A stretch of DNA of 63,884 nucleotides, filler included, from Octopus bimaculoides (Eukaryota): NCBI RefSeq assembly GCF_001194135.2. It is 6 parts of 6 records of this genome, joined end to end, with 100 filler letters (N's around TTAATTAATTAA, not from the genome) between each part and the next. Parts side by side here need not be neighbours in the genome. Positions count along the whole stretch, not along the records: positions 14,358 to 30,489 come from NC_069000.1; positions 30,590 to 47,136 come from NC_068985.1; 4 more parts are not named here. One strand, written 5' to 3'. Below are positions 24,507 to 36,936 of the stretch, one piece after another. Within the stretch, counting starts at the first letter, position 1, and the number at the start of each line of letters is the position of its first letter. The position numbers were made by a program, and so were the translations under genes. The notes below the pieces were generated by a model. The model searched no databases. It saw only the letters and a program-made list of their open reading frames with translations, and was not told the DNA's origin.

Positions 24507-25211
24507 TAAACCCAAACACACACATGCACATACTTAAGATGAAATAAAAATAAATAAATAACAGATAAATAAGTAAATGGATTTTTAGAAACTATATAAA
24601 GGGCATGGGTACAAAGAATATAGCAAGTACACCCATACACACACACATTCAAAAAGCACGTGGACATGTGTGCACACATGCACATACACACACACAGATA
24701 CAGGTGCAGACACATGCACAGATAAGGACACATACTATAGAAAGACAGAATGGACTAAACAGGAGGAGACGCATGGGATGGAAGAATCGCTGAAGAGGTC
24801 ATAGATGTGTGATGAAAGATAAAATAAGAACAACAATAATAAATGAGTGAAGAACAAATATACAGTGGGTGTGTTTATTTGGCAGAAAAAAATGACCATC
24901 TCAAAATATAGCAATATATATATATATATACACACATGTATATACACGGTAATCCCTTGACTGTTGTGAGTGTTACATTCCAAAACTTCCCAAAGAAATA
25001 ATTAAAATCTAGAAAAATCTAAATCCCTATCCAACGTGGAAACCCACGAAATAAATTTACATTTATTAGATTGAAAAAAACTGCAATGTATCAAGTGTGC
25101 GAGAGGTGAAGCACAATATGGCAAGGGATTACTGCGTATGCTTGTGTGTGTGTGTATATATATATCAAAGGATGTGTTTCTTAATGTATCTTTTGATTGT
25201 TTCATTTGTAG

Positions 25212-25320
25212 GGTGTTGAAATTTTGTGTACAGAAAGGGCTTCATTAAAGCACCTATATTTGACCCTTAAAAATCAGTCTGAAAGAGACGAACTTTATGA
25301 AAATATTATTTCAAATGCAG
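25212..25320 (+). CDS. NSMAF: FAN exon: GVEILCTERASLKHLYLTLKNQSERDELYENIISNA
   Basis: cf. GLEVFCTE..DIYLKFYEPQDRDDLY; AG/GT. Confidence 0.92.
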
Positions 25321-26098
25321 GTAGGTTAATTGATTTAATGAAGATGTGCAATTGTAGTGGTGAGATGGGGCAGGTGGTGGTGGTGGTGGGGTTAAAGACA
25401 TCCCCTCCCCCCCACCAACCTTCAGTTGTTATTGAAATATTGATTCAGTATTGATCGTGTGGTTGTGAAGTGATAGAATTTGATGAAGGAGATGGGGAAT
25501 ATTGAGAGGAGAAAGAATGATGGAGAAACAGAGAATATACTCCATGGTGAGAGTTGCTAGAAATAGCAGCCAAAACACACTGAAATTACATACTATGATC
25601 TCAAAAAGGTAGGGAGACATTTGTTATGCTATGAGGGGGAAAGGATTTATTTTTATTGGTTAGTAAAGAGGGAGGGACAGAGCCCATGACCCTTTCCAGG
25701 GTATCTGAAACTGGTGGGGGGTAGGGAGGGAGGAAGGTATCGTCAAACAATTGGCTTATTTATATTCAAGGTGTGAAGTGGTGATGTTCAACCAGTGACA
25801 GATTAGTCTGCCCCACCAAGGATTTGAACTCAGTAAGGACGAGACCAAATAGCAGAAGGTGTCTGGTCATTGCTAACTTGTGGTCAAAGAGGTCCTGAAT
25901 GGGAACTAAATGATGATCACAGCCTGTCAGGTTCTGTAGTGGTCTTTGGGGGACTGAAATGGCCCTGTGGATAACATAGCCTACTTGCTTCTAGGTGGTG
26001 GGTTCAATTCTACTCTAAAGACTTCATTGTTTCTAAACCCAATTTGATTCAAGATTGATGTTGGTGAGTTATTCCTTTGTGTTCCTTCATTCCTTCAG

Positions 26099-26192
26099 GT
26101 CTTGATATGGAGAGTATGGAACAAGAAAATGTCATTCTAAAATGGCAGACTGGTCTTATATCTAATTACGATTATCTGCTTTACCTGAACAG
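26099..26192 (+). CDS. NSMAF: FAN exon, BEACH start: GLDMESMEQENVILKWQTGLISNYDYLLYLN(R)
   Basis: BEACH hallmark WQ.G.ISNY.YLL.LN; tcag/gtaagt. Confidence 0.97.
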
Positions 26193-26624
26193 GTAAGTTC
26201 ATTCCTCATCACAAATTGAAAACACACATCGATGCTCGAATGACATTATTGTTGTTGTTTTATTAATTGCGGTGTGTTGTTGGAAACTGGGTGTTTGGAT
26301 TCCCTGTGAAATATATCTGTTAATTCCCCTCCACGGGTTTCTTTCTCTACAGCTTCATTTCTCATCACAGAACAAATACATGTTTGACACATTCCATCTC
26401 AATTCGGGTCTTCATTACTCTCTCCCTCCCTTCTGCTTTTCTTTTTCATTCCCACACCACTCCTCTCACACTCAGCACCTCCACCATCTCTCTCTCTCTC
26501 TCTCTCTGTCCCTCTACCTCTCTTTTTAATCTCTCTCTCCCTCTCTCTCTAATATCTCTCCCTAATATGTCTTCTTTTCCTGTATGTCTCTCTTCTCACT
26601 CACATCTCTCTATCTCTTCCCTAG

Positions 26625-26707
26625 GATGGCTGACCGAAGTTTCAATGATCTCACCCAATATCCTGTAATGCCATGGGTCATTGCTGACCATCACAGTTCA
26701 AAGTTAG
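26625..26707 (+). CDS. NSMAF: FAN exon (BEACH): MADRSFNDLTQYPVMPWVIADHHSSKL
   Basis: BEACH ADRSFNDLTQYPV.PW; AG/gtgagt. Confidence 0.97.
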
Positions 26708-27181
26708 GTGAGTCTTTTGTTAGTTGTTCTTTCAGGTCCACTCCCCACCCATCCCCTTCTCTGTTCTAAGCCATGGAGCCACACACACACACACACACAC
26801 ACACNNNNNNNNNNNNNNNNNNNNNNNNNNNNNNNNNNCCCCCCATTGTTCTGGACTTTTCTGTTGTTTAATCCTTTAACATTCAGATTAAATTGTATTG
26901 TGATTCTTATTTATTGACATTGTTTTGAATTAATCCAGGTTTATTTCATAACTTCAAGATTTGGATGATGTGATTGTGTATTTTTAAAACGACATTGTAG
27001 GGTAGAAGTGAGAAGCCAGCTCTGGCCAGTTTGACCATAAAATGGGGAGAATATTTTGGCTAGATTTGGCTAGTTTAAATGTTGAAGAGTTAAGATAGGG
27101 GAAGGATGACCTTAATTTGATGATGTTTGTTCCACTGTAAATTCTGTTCTTCTTGTTATTTGTTATATTTGTGTTTTAAAG

Positions 27182-27261
27182 ATTTGAACAAAGAATCCAC
27201 ATTTCGAGACCTTGCCAAACCAATTGGGGCACTAAACTCTGAAAGACTTGCAAAACTCAGA
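27182..27261 (+). CDS. NSMAF: FAN exon (BEACH): DLNKESTFRDLAKPIGALNSERLAKLR
   Basis: BEACH FRDLSKPVGALN; AG/gtaagt. Confidence 0.97.
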
Positions 27262-27563
27262 GTAAGTTTTTGTTTTTTTTGTTTTCATTAAAATATCTTT
27301 TTTATTATTTTGGTTTTATGTTTCTTTTACGTATACCAGGGTGGCTACCTAACTTTACATGCACCAGGGAGGAACGGTGGCACATTCTATTGTATTGGGT
27401 ACAGTAGAGGCGTCAGGGTAGACTACGATCTGAATATCTCTGTTTCCTCGTCTCCTGCTTGGAACCTTGTAATAAACAATGTTTGTTTACATCAGTGATC
27501 TAATTAGTGCTGATTGGATTGTCTCTTATGTGTTTCAGTCGTTATCCAGTCTTGCAGATGTAA

Positions 27564-27728
<165 letters not shown>

Positions 27729-27959
27729 TAGAGACTTCCCTTTATCTGCTGTTGTTTCAATTATATATGTATAAATGCAGAGGTGCACTCCATGAATAAT
27801 AGTCACAGCTGGTCAAGTGAAAATGGAACAGGGCAGGGCTGTTGGTGGCACTGTGGGATGTCTGTGGACAAGACACAAGCTTTGCTTTCCCACTTCATCT
27901 ATGCTATAAGTACCATGGGTAGGTACAGCACATTTGAATGCTGTGTTTTCTTCTTTCAG

Positions 27960-28023
27960 CACTGGAATACTCTTTGTGTTTGCATGGAGGACGTTTCGAT
28001 CAACCGGATCGTATGTTTAACAG
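27960..28023 (+). CDS. NSMAF: FAN exon (BEACH): ALEYSLCLHGGRFDQPDRMFN(S)
   Basis: cf. [22 protein letters not shown]/GT. Confidence 0.95.
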
Positions 28024-28999
28024 GTCAGTTGGCTTTCTTTTTTCTGCCTTTTCCATCACATATTTCATAGATCCTTGTTGACTGAAGCAAGAAATGCTTG
28101 ACTATTCTGGAACAACAACACTACCCTAGTCTGGAGGTCTTTAATATTGCAATCCTCATCCTCATCTTACTTTCCATGTTGGCAAACGTTAAATAAGTCA
28201 CCACAATCAAAGTCGGTGCACCTTGAGGTGTGTGCGATCCCCTTGATGGATTGGAGGGCAGCATCAAGTTTGTAAGTTCTATTCCGCAAATTCTATGACT
28301 GGCACAACAGGTTTCTTTCGGTTTCCATCTCCCACTTTCGCTCTCAAGAGTGTGATCAACCCTTGGCTGGAGTAGAAAACAATGGCCCCAAGGTGCTGTA
28401 CAGTGGAACTGAACCTGAAACCATGTTGTAGTGAAGTGAACTTCTCACTGCACAGTCATACCGGCTGCTAAATAGGAACAATATTTTAGCCAAACTGCAT
28501 AACAGAATATTGCATTTGAAGCCGTAGCTTTTTCTCTAATAATTGTGTTTCTGGTCTCAGAGAAAATGAAACAGGAAATTCTAAAGCCACAGACTTGAAT
28601 CATGCTCCACCCCTCCCCTTTCCTTCGTTTCAATTTTTCACTAAGTGTTTCCTTTCAATGATGAATATAACAAAATAACTGAAATTTACCCACAGCCAGT
28701 TCTGTTACGAATGGTACTTCAAACCACTTTGAAAAGTTTTCCTCTCTTGAAAATTATCAGCTTTTCTCAGTAAAAGCATTTAGTGTTTCTACAACACAAT
28801 ATGCTTCTATTGTGAAATGATGGAATTATCATAATTAAACAATAGCAGACATGGTTCTTTTGTGGTTTTACATTATCACATCATCACCAGCATTTAATGT
28901 CCGTTTTCCATGTTTGTATGAGTTAGATGGTTTGACAGGGATTGGCAAGGCTGGAAGTAGTACCAGGTTCTATAGTCTGCTTTTGCATGGTTTCTACAG

Positions 29000-29660
29000 C
29001 TGAATGCCCTTCCTAACATCAACCACTTTACAGACTACACTTTTGGAACATCTACCTCCACTGATAATTAGGTCACCCAGGTAATAGAAAATATCTAATA
29101 CATCTAGGGAGCTTCCAGGGCATTTGAGAAAATCAATTTCCCTTGGATCTAAAGACTTTATGGCCCCTGTGCATTTCCCACACACAAGCACTACTTTCTT
29201 TGTTAACCTTCCTATCATTCCACTTCTTGTGTGCCCAGTTTTCACTGGGTATGCTGAATAGAATTTCTACCTACACCTTCCCTACATATCAAACGGGGCC
29301 ATTTACCTGTAGGATGTAGGGTCCTTTCTGTTTTCTTGCTTACTGTCTTTGCTAAGTTAATTTTAAGGCCCTTTGATTCCAGGTTTTGCCTCCATACCTG
29401 GAATTTCTTTTCTAATTCTTACAGATTCTGCTATAAGAACAAGATCATCAACATGTTGTAGTTCTCAGGGGAAGCCAGTCTTAGATTCTTCTCTGGCCTG
29501 GAGGATGACGGTGAATTGGAAGTGAATGAAAACTGAGCCCTGGTGAACACCTCCCTCTACACTGACAGCACCCCTGGACATGACCTGTACAGCTTTCACC
29601 AGCCATTTGTCTATCGCTAATGTCCCCAGCAACCACCCTGTCAACATGACTAATTAGGAG
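29000..29660 (-). mobile_element. RTE-clade LINE remnant (RT)
   Basis: Minus-strand GVHQGSV, ESKTGFP*ELQHVDDLVLIAES, NLESKGLKINLAKT; many lesions. Confidence 0.85.
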
Positions 29661-29833
29661 AAGACTTTCTTTATTAATTCCTTCAGTAAACACACTTCGT
29701 TAAGTGGGACCTGGAATCTTATTGTGTAGATCATGGAGTCCACCTTATGTCTGTAACCCCATTAAAATTCAATAAAACAAACAATCAATGTAAATTCTTT
29801 GTGTTGTGTGTTGTTTGAAAGGCCTAACCATAA

Positions 29834-30016
<183 letters not shown>

Positions 30017-30144
30017 TGAAGCGTCTCCTGTTTATGTTGGCTGCGAGGGACTATGTTCATACCTGGTGGTGACTGACATTTATTATGGACTATATTTTAT
30101 TTTTCCATTAATAAAGAGGAAGTGAATGGTAAAGTAATTCCACT

Positions 30145-30489
30145 GATACAAATAATTACAGAGGCATCAAGCTGTTAGATCAGGTTATGAAAGTTACAGA
30201 GAGGGTCATAGCCCAACTAATTAGGGAGCGAATCAATTTAGATGAGATGCAGTTTGGGTTCGTGCCAGGTAAAAGCACTACTGATGCCTTATTTCTAGTG
30301 AGACAGTTGCAGGAGAAATACCTAGCTAAGGATAAACCTCTGTACCTGGCTTTCGTTGACATGGAGAAAGCCTTTGACAGGGTCCCCCGATCCCTTATCT
30401 GGTGGTCAATGAGGAAACTTGGGATAGAAGAATGGTTAGTGAGAGCTGTGCGAGCCATGTACAGAGATGCTGCCAGTAAGGTGAGGGTT
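30145..30489 (+). mobile_element. Young RTE-clade LINE RT fragment, runs into linker
   Basis: NNYRGIKLL..QFGFVPGKSTTDA..LAFVDMEKAFDRVPR, uninterrupted. Confidence 0.95.
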
Positions 30490-30589
30490 NNNNNNNNNNN
30501 NNNNNNNNNNNNNNNNNNNNNNNNNNNNNNNNNTTAATTAATTAANNNNNNNNNNNNNNNNNNNNNNNNNNNNNNNNNNNNNNNNNNNN
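30490..30589. other. Artificial scaffold linker
   Basis: Same 44+12+44 layout. Confidence 0.95.
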
Positions 30590-30807
30590 TCTCTCTTTGC
30601 GTCTCTGCCTCCGTGCGTCTCTGCGTCTCTCTGTCTTTGTGCATCTCTTTCTGCGTCTCTCTTTCTCTCCATTTGTCTCTCTCCCTCTCTCTCTCTCCAT
30701 TTGTCTCTCTCTCCCTCTCTCTCTCCATTTGTCTATGTGTCTCTCTCTCCGTTTGTGCGTCTCTCTCTGTACGTCTCTCTCTCTATATATGCCTATGTCT
30801 CCCTTTG

Positions 30808-30856
<49 letters not shown>

Positions 30857-31091
30857 ATTTGTTTATGTGTATCTCTCTCTCTCCATTTGTCTATGTGTCT
30901 CTCTCTTTCCGTTTCTTTGTCTCTCTTTCCGTTTCTTTGTCTCTCCCTTTCCGTTTCTCTGTTTCTTTTCGTTTCTCTGTCTCTCTATCCGTTTGTCTTT
31001 CTCTTTCTCTCTCCATTTGTCTTTTTCTCTCTTTATTTGTCTCTCTCTCTCTCTCTCTCTCTCTCATTGTTTTTTTCTGTATTTGCCTCTT

Positions 31092-31123
<32 letters not shown>

Positions 31124-31203
31124 ACTGTTTGTCACTCTCTGTCTATCTCTCTCACTCACTCTATTTGCCTCTTTCTTTCTCTTTGTCTCTCTTCGTCTCT
31201 CTT
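30590..31203. repeat. CT-rich low-complexity tract
   Basis: Source of the spurious S/L-rich ORFs. Confidence 0.95.
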
Positions 31204-33309
31204 TATAAACAGTTGGTCTCATCCATATTTTTTAACTGTTTGTGTCTGCTTAAATGAATGAAAGACTTCACTTCCCTCTCCCTCCTACTCTGCTGGTATT
31301 AGTAATCAGACTTATGGAAGGAGATCTGTCCAGTTAATCACTCAGTGAGCAGTTGAAACTGTTACTGGATCCCCCTCCCCACGACCCACCACCACTAAGT
31401 TTTCTCTTCTTTCTTGGACTGACATTTTCCAGTTGATTAATTGAGAATGGTGAAATCAGAAACTGAACCCAAAGACTGAACTGCTGTGACCCTTATTTCC
31501 TGTTCTCTCTGAAGACTAACATAGCACAGGCTAACCTCTCCTCCCACTTAGGTAGCTTGATCTAATGGAGGGTTCTGTAGGTGGTTACTAGTTCTGCTAG
31601 AAATAGCAACCAAATCTTATCTGCTTACCACCTTGAAAGAAAAAAATGGTATATGGAAAGAAGACAGTGGTTATGGCTAGGAAGCCCTTGATTACAGTTT
31701 CACATGGTCAGTGCTAGCCGAGGGTGAATAAATAACTTAATCTACCTGTTGTTTATGCATGCACTAATCAGAGGTGATCTAATCTGGTCTTTTTATTTCA
31801 GAACTGCCTAATTTTTCAGGTTTACTTACTCGTAATGATTAATTTCTCGATATTTATAGGAGAGAGGTAATGAAATTGTGTGACAATATTTTCTCAAGGA
31901 CCTGATATTGTTAGTGTAATGACATGGTTTATGTCTTTCATTATTGGCTCACAAACTGTGTGTTTGGTTGTAAATGTGAGATCTCTATCTGCAGAGAAGC
32001 ATGGTAAATATTTTATGCATAGCAGCTAGATGAACTAAGATGGTTTAGAATTGGTTTTCCTGGAAAGGATAAAATATTTATGCTGGATTTGAATTGCTAA
32101 GTCACGAGAGAGTAGTCTAACTGCATATACATTTAACTGTTTCATCTCAACCCCAACAGGAACGAAACATTGAACAATTTAACTAAAGACACAGTGCAGC
32201 TATTAAATCAAGATCGCTGAAAGCAAATTATACGAAAATAAATTGGCAGATATTCCATATGAGTACATACTGAGATAGCTATGTGGATGTAGTAGACTCA
32301 TACATTGTATTTTACGTAACCAGTCACAGTATGGAAGAGGAAAATAGTTAAGTGGATTTATGTATCAAAAATAGTTCAGTATTTCTGTTAGAGGTCTGTT
32401 TGATCTGTGTGTCATAAATAGTTGTCTGGTAAACTGAAATTCTGGTTTCAGGTTCAGTTCCACTGCATGGAAATTTGGCGAAGTGGATTTGTTTGACAAG
32501 AAGTGTGTGTGTGTATTTGTGTGCGTTTTGTGTGTACCCTTGTCTAGACGTCACAAGACAGTTGTAAATGAGCATCGTCGTCATACAAGTGAGGTTGTTT
32601 CTTTCTAGTCTTCCATGAGAAATATTACTTTGCTTGGAAACTGAGAGATGGTGATAGGAGATCTACATCCACAAATTCCATCTGACCACGTGAGCATGGA
32701 AAAGTGGATGTTAAATGATGAGGCATCAAGTTAATATCTTGATTATTATCTCCCTGTTTAATAATCCAATTGAAGTTGTATATTATTTTGACAAGTACTG
32801 AGTCTGGAATGAGTTTATTAATATATTACCAGTATTATAAGGCATGAACCATAAATCTCACTAAAATCAATAAAGAGATTTGAAAATGTAGCAATCATGC
32901 ATGTACATACACATATATCTACCACCTGTGTATTAGGAAATATTCTTCATTAATTTATATTCAAAAGGTCTTGAACACCATCCTACAAATGTATTGAATG
33001 TAAACAAACTTGTTTAATCAAAAAGCAGTTTATTAGAAATAATTGCGTACAAGAATGTGATTATAAAATTAACAAACATCTTTCTTTCCATTCAGTCTTT
33101 ATCATTATAAAATATTTTTATAAAATATTTTTGACTAAAATCAATGAAAGGCATTCAGATGCAAACTTATCTTGATTTTTTGTTTCTTTTATCTACTTGG
33201 TCAGTTCTGTATATTCAAATTAATTTATTAAGATTGTAATATAATTCTTTGAGGGTTAAGTGGTACTCATCAAAGGTTATATATAGCTATGTATGTCCAC
33301 ACACAAGCT

Positions 33310-33660
33310 TGCAACACCAACCTGGAACCACCATCTTGTTCAGAATATCGACCGACAGGAAGTTGTCTTGAGACATATATCCACACGAATATCTTCTGTC
33401 AGTCACTTACTGAATCTTGAATGTCTTGCTTCTCTGAGCATCATCATAAGATTACAAGATTATCCACCATCTTTTCAATAACAACCTTGACTACCTTTTT
33501 CAATTTGATATTTCTACCATCCATGGATGTAATCATAACAACAAAAAATAGTGCAATACCTAAGACTTTCAGACACAGGACACTGCACCCTTCAAAAATT
33601 CCATTCTTTCCAACAAAAAATCACCAACACCACCCCTGACATGCTTATGTACCCTTTCCA
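33310..33660 (-). mobile_element. Highly decayed RTE-like LINE 3' fragment
   Basis: Antisense remnants resembling the RTE C-terminal R..RLRWFGHV..R region; weak. Confidence 0.4.
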
Positions 33661-35164
33661 CTTTATAGCTCTTTGACTGTTCACTTTTTGACTTTTATTC
33701 TGGGTTGTTCCACTAACAAGTCTACAGAAGAAGACACCTGCCCAAGGTTTCACACAGTGGAACTGAACCTGAAATCATGTCATTGGGAAGTAAACTTCTT
33801 TACCACACAGCTATACTTATTGATGAAATAACTTTAACCCTTTAGCATTCAGATGACTCTGTCAAGTATAATGCTTATTTATTCACATTGTTTTGAATCA
33901 ACCATGTGTTGTCTTGCAGCTTCAAGATTTTGATAATATGATTGTTTACTTTTAAAATGATGTTGGGTAAGTGTGAGAAGCTGGATCTGGATAATTTGAA
34001 CATAAAACGGGTAGAACGGGTGGGCTGGATATATGGCTGGTTTAAAATGCTAAAGGGTTAATGTTTATTTCCACAGCTTCGAAGTTGGTGGAAGCAGTAG
34101 GCTGATGGGGGGAAGACTGGCACAGGCAGTAACACACCATCATGTCAGATAAGAAGCTATGATGTGGGACAACTGTTTGAACACTAAAATATGAATCTAT
34201 GTTATGCTAAATTGATGCAACACAGCATGAATCACTGCAGTAAAAATACCAGTGCAAAATTACAAAATAACATCTGAATTTACTTTCCCCTTTTATACAA
34301 TACCTTTTGGCTTAGATTATATTCTTAGATACCAATATTTCTATCTGAAGTAGCTGTATTTAGTTGTTGGCATCCACCTGTTTGCTTCTATTAACGTAGC
34401 TCGCATGTCATTCTGAATACCAACCAAACAGTAAACCTCTGACTTGATGCTTTAAAATTAGAACTTACTGCATCTAAACATATCACCGTAATTATGTAGG
34501 TTGAGTGTTTTGACATCCAATCTTGTAACTGATGTAATAATCTATTGCTTAAAATCTTTATTGGTCTGTCTCTACCATCACTAATATCTTTAACCACCGC
34601 TGACACATGTTACATTGTATTTTCACACAGGCATTGTTGTGTGGTTGAGAAGTTCACTTCCAACCACATTGTTTCAGGTTTGGTCCCATTGTGTGGCCCT
34701 TGGGCAAATATCTTTTACTGTAGCCCTGGGCCAACCTAAACCACATAAGTAGATTTGGTAGATGGATACTGAAAGAAGCCCTTTGAGTGTGCATGTGTGG
34801 GCTTGTGTGTTATGAAGACAATGAACACAACTGAATATTGATATACAAGTGGGAACGAGTTTTAACAAATGTATTAGTTTGATGCTTAAAAAAAAAAGAA
34901 AGTAGTTTTAACATTTCAGACATTATCCCTTTATTAGAAAATGAATGAGAAAAGGTGATTGGAGACAAAAAAAAAAAAAAAGTGGATTAAAGAGGGCAGG
35001 CTGGAATGTGGTTCTGTGGCAGTCCTGCAAGGATGAATATTTCACTGACCTTGTGGAAGTAGTTGAAAAATCTTTAATGGTTTATTCTGTCCAAGGTAAA
35101 CTAATTAATTTTTCTGTTAATCATGTGGTGCCATTTGCTGATCTTTATTATTCTTTTATTTCAG

Positions 35165-35293
35165 GGGACTTTCAAAATATGTATGCCTTCTGGAGATCGG
35201 GAAATTTATCTTCAGGCTGCTGGAGAGGAAGAAAGGAATCAATGGGCACATGCTATTGGTGCAGTGATTCGCTCTCTCAGTACGATAAAACAG
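35165..35293 (+). CDS. Pleckstrin-like (PLEK/PLEK2 family) exon, C-terminal half of PH1: GTFKICMPSGDREIYLQAAGEEERNQWAHAIGAVIRSLSTIKQ
   Basis: PH C-terminal helix LQA...ER..W..AI; AG/GT; phase 0-0. Confidence 0.9.
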
Positions 35294-36880
35294 GTTTGTC
35301 TATTGCATTCACTTTCTACATACTAATGGCTCTTTATTAGTTACTGGGACTCCAGAATGGTTGTGCTGCCATGTAGCAAGCAATAAAATCTGTTTTAATC
35401 TCTGTAAAATAGCTTTTAATAACAACACTACCTCCACCCTCACCACCACCACTTTTATTATCCTTTCAAAATAGCAGTAACAATACTAATACAACCACTA
35501 ATAGCAGCAGTATTAACACTACACCATCATCATCATCATCATTTAATGTCTGTTTTCCATGCTGGCATGGGTTGGAGGGTTTGACAGGATCTAATGAGCT
35601 GCAGGACTGCATCAAGCCTCAGTGTCTGGTTTGGCATGGTTTCTATTACTGGATGCCCTTCCTGACACCAACCACTTTACAGTGTGTGCTGGGTGCTATT
35701 TTTGTGCCACTGGCACTCGTGAGGTCACCAAGTAACCATCATATGCTTTAACAGTTTACTGCCAACCAAAATGATGTGACTGTGCTATATCTTGACTGCT
35801 AATTTTTACCAAGAGTTCTTTTACTATCCATGACAATATCATATGTTGTTTAAATAGTATATCTAGAAGCACATTATCAAATGTGTCCTTTTAACACAGT
35901 AAAGAAATTTGGCCATCACCACCATCTCTGTCTTTTCAGCTACTCTTTCAATCCTTACATCATACAAGGTAGCCATGTATCTCCTCTATGGGAAGACACC
36001 TGTGCTTGTCGCACTATCATACTGTCGCTTCTCAACACCTGGCATAAAGCCACCTTCCCCACTCACAAATACACCCTCCCTCCAACTCACTCACTAATGT
36101 TACTACAATGTTTACTATGCTGTGTATTGGTGAGAACCTAGTGCTGTGTGATACAGGAGACAGTAACCACTTTTTCCATAACTCATCTTCCTAATACATC
36201 CTTCCACCTGTGTTCATCTCTCACTTTATATCCCTCCCTTCTATCTCTCACCTTTTTTGTACTCTTGTAAACCTAACTAGCTACTCACCCTGTTCAGTCT
36301 GCTGTACCACTTATTCACTTATACTCACCTCCCTGTAACTTGAGGGTATGCCCTGACACATTTTCACTACTATCCTCTTTATGTCTCCTCTCCTCTTACT
36401 TTTTCCAACTGGATAGCCATGTATCTCCTCTACAGCACGACACCTGTTTCATTCCTCTAGCATACTTTAACCTCTCATCTCCTGGCACAAAGCTGCCTCC
36501 CTCGATACTACTCACATTCTCAGTTGAGGGGTCTCGTGAGTTACTTGGTGATCTTGCCAGTGTTGTTGCCATGTAAAAAGCAACCAGTACATTCTGTTAA
36601 GTGGTTGGCGTTAGGAAAACATTCACCTGTAGAAATCATGCCAGAGCAGACAGTGGACTTTGCTTCAGTCCTCTGGCTTGCCACATCCTGTTCCTGACAT
36701 CACCATTCAATGGTGATGGTGATAATGAAGAATGTCCGGATGAAGCTTGGGTAAACTGAGATGAAATTGTGCCGATTGAAAGTTATATTTGCTACTTCTT
36801 CTGAAGTAATGGTTGTGTCGTTGGTGTTTGTAGCTGTAACTGAGAGATGTTTATGTTGATACACTGTTCTCTTTCTGCAG

Positions 36881-36936
36881 GTGTCATGTCACAGAAAAGT
36901 GCCGTTCCAACACTTTCGAGTTTATGCAAATGTTAG
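36881..36936 (+). CDS. Pleckstrin-like linker exon: VSCHRKVPFQHFRVYANV(S)
   Basis: Strong ctttctgcag/gtgagt; phase 0 to 2 joins the PH1 exon to the DEP exon in frame. Confidence 0.8.

Noticed and set aside
30597-31261. Three overlapping 186-214-aa S/L-rich ORFs
   Set aside because: Translation of CT low-complexity repeat; the same applies to the YI/CV/HT-repeat ORFs elsewhere.
31985-34130. AG/GT-bounded stretches tested as missing PH1 N-terminal exons (31985, 32160, 34077)
   Set aside because: Stops or no PH-like K.G.L.K / W..R motifs in any frame.
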